DNA from: an uncultured Actinomycetota bacterium
GTDB lineage: Bacteria > Actinomycetota > Acidimicrobiia > Spongiisociales > UBA5794
NCBI GenBank assembly: GCA_963808015.1
Contig: CAWEEG010000057.1
Location: 10,867 to 74,866 of the forward strand
Direction of reading: 5' to 3'
DNA: 64,000 nucleotides
Position numbers and translations under genes: made by a program. Of this stretch, positions 62,315-64,000 are shown piece after piece. The notes under the pieces were generated by a model. It made no database searches and was not told where the DNA came from. It worked only from the letters and a program-made list of their open reading frames with translations. How positions within the stretch are numbered: position 1 is the stretch's first letter; each line of letters opens with the position of its first letter.

Positions 62315-62666
62315 TGAATCTCCCCGGGTTTCGTAGAGGCTCGGTCTATTGGGTCGCTGCTTTGGGGGTTGTGCTTGTTTGACGGTAGTAGGCGGTTTCG
62401 TGGGCGGCGGGGGTAGTGAACTGGCGGCGACCGGGGAGGATCTCTCCGTGGCGGCGCCGGTGGTTGAACCAGTCGACGTATTCGAGGGTGGCGTATTCGA
62501 CGTCGTCGAGGTTCTTCCATGGTCCCTGGCGTCGGATGACTTCGGTCTTGTAGAGGCCGTTGATCGTCTCGGCCATCGCGTTGTCGTAGGAATCGCCGAC
62601 GGAGCCGACTGACGGTTCGATGCCGGCATCTTGAAGTCGTTCGGTGTAACGGATCGACAGATATTG
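62315..62666 (-). mobile_element. IS3-family element (IS6110-like end), 3' part of orfB, interrupted
   Basis: Terminus TGAATCTCCCCGGG at 62315; QYLSIRYTERL...SVGSVGDSYDNAMAETINGLYKTE...WFNHRR in 62346-62666. Confidence 0.92.
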
Positions 62667-64000
62667 GGCGGATTCAACTGGTCGTCGCAACACCTCAGCA
62701 CGGAGGTGTTTGATGGGACGGCAACCTGGGTGGATGGTGACGTTGACGGGGCGTCCGGCGATGCGGTCGCCGGGCCGGCCGCCAGCACGCCGCGATGTCG
62801 AGCGCACGTTCTGGGTGAAGATTGCCGAGGGTTTGTCGAGCGAGGACGCAGCGATGGCGTGTGGTGTCTCGGGTCCGGTTGGTTCTCGTTGGTTCCGCGA
62901 TCGTGGTGGGATGCCATCGATTCAACTCAGTCCGCTGTCCGGCAGGTATCTGACGTTTGCTGAACGCGAGGAGATCGCACTGCTCAACATCCAGGGGGTT
63001 GGTGTCCGAGCGATCGCCCGTGCTCTGGATCGGTCGCCTTCGACGATCTCTCGTGAGCTTCGGCGCAACGCCGCTACACGCGGCGGAAAGCTTGAGTATC
63101 GGGCCGGGATTGCGCAGTGGAAGGCGGAGCTGGTGGCGCGTCGACCCAAGACGGCGAAGCTTGTCACGAACGACCGGTTACGTGTATACGTTCAGGACCG
63201 TTTGTCCGGCAAGATCGAGCGGCCGGATGGCCAAGTCGTTCCAGGCCCGGAGGTGAAGTTCGTTGGTCGGCGGCATGGTCGTCGAGCGGACCGGCGTTGG
63301 GCCAAGGCATGGAGCCCCGAGCAGATTTCGAACAGGCTTCGCGTCGACTTTCCTGCAGATGAGTCCATGCGAATCTCGCACGAGGCCATCTACCAAGCCC
63401 TCTACATCAAGGGCCGCGGCGCTCTGGAGCGTGAACTCGTCGCATGCTTGCGAACCGGTCGGGCGCTCCGTGTCCCACGAGCGAGAACCAACCAGAGGGG
63501 TAAGAAGTTCGTCACACCAGAGGTGATGATCTCCAAACGCCCTTCCGAAGCCGATGACCGAGCGATTGCCGGCCATTGGGAGGGCGACCTCATCATTGGT
63601 TTGAACCGCTCGGCGATTGGCACGCTGGTCGAGCGGACCACGCGTTTCACGATGCTTCTCCATCTGCCACGAATGGAGGGCCATGGCGAGGGGCCTCGGG
63701 TCAAGAACGGGCCGCCCCTGGCTGGCCTGGGTGCTGAGGCGGTTCGAAACGCGATCGCTGCATCTGTCCGGTCTTTGCCGCGAGAGCTCTGGCGATCGCT
63801 GTCCTGGGACCAAGGGTCAGAGATCGCCCAGCACGCACAGCTGACCGTCGACACAGGGCTGCCCATCTACCTCTGTGACCCCCAAAGCCCGTGGCAACGA
63901 GGAACCAACGAGAACACCAACGGACTGCTTCGCCAATACTTCCCGAAGGGCACCGATCTGTCTCGACACGCCCGAGACGATCTCGACGCCGTCGCACTCG
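62667..64000 (+). mobile_element. IS30-family element; transposase 62713..>64000
   Basis: Left end GGCGGATTCAAC...; GGAGG SD then ATG 62713; manual translation gives RYLTFAEREEI, WSPEQIS, ISHEAIY, GHWEGDLI, WDQGSE, SPWQRGTNENTNGLLRQYFPKG. Confidence 0.93.

Overview
High-GC (visually about 65%) actinobacterial core-genome segment. Gene content and order suggest Acidimicrobiia (inference). It carries thrC (partial), tmRNA, smpB, an M23 peptidase, ftsX/ftsE, prfB, secA, hpf, comF, ahcY, a mannose/cell-envelope glycosylation block, cofD/cofE, biotin-dependent carboxylase and methylmalonyl-CoA mutase genes, a class A PBP, a sirtuin, moeB, pepA, tkt, a lipB-lipA fusion with E2 and lpdA, dsbB/tlpA, sufC-S-U and pncA. 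It ends in an IS3 element interrupted by an IS30 element. Many essential genes contain 1-nt indels, most likely long-read assembly errors; the prfB shift is the one clearly programmed frameshift. The most unusual non-genic signals are: (1) three bipartite inverted arrays of GAGACNN/GTCTCNN heptamers wedged between genes, one hit by the IS3; (2) a promoter-led structured RNA between comF and hpf that does not look like the canonical raiA motif; (3) a 129-bp CTAG-bounded MITE-like element containing the stop codons of two convergent genes; (4) an IS30 inserted in the DDE motif of an IS3 transposase; (5) an unannotated 28-aa membrane microprotein; (6) FtsE with a long acidic repeat tail. All calls come from motif recognition by eye; no database searches or folding programs were run.
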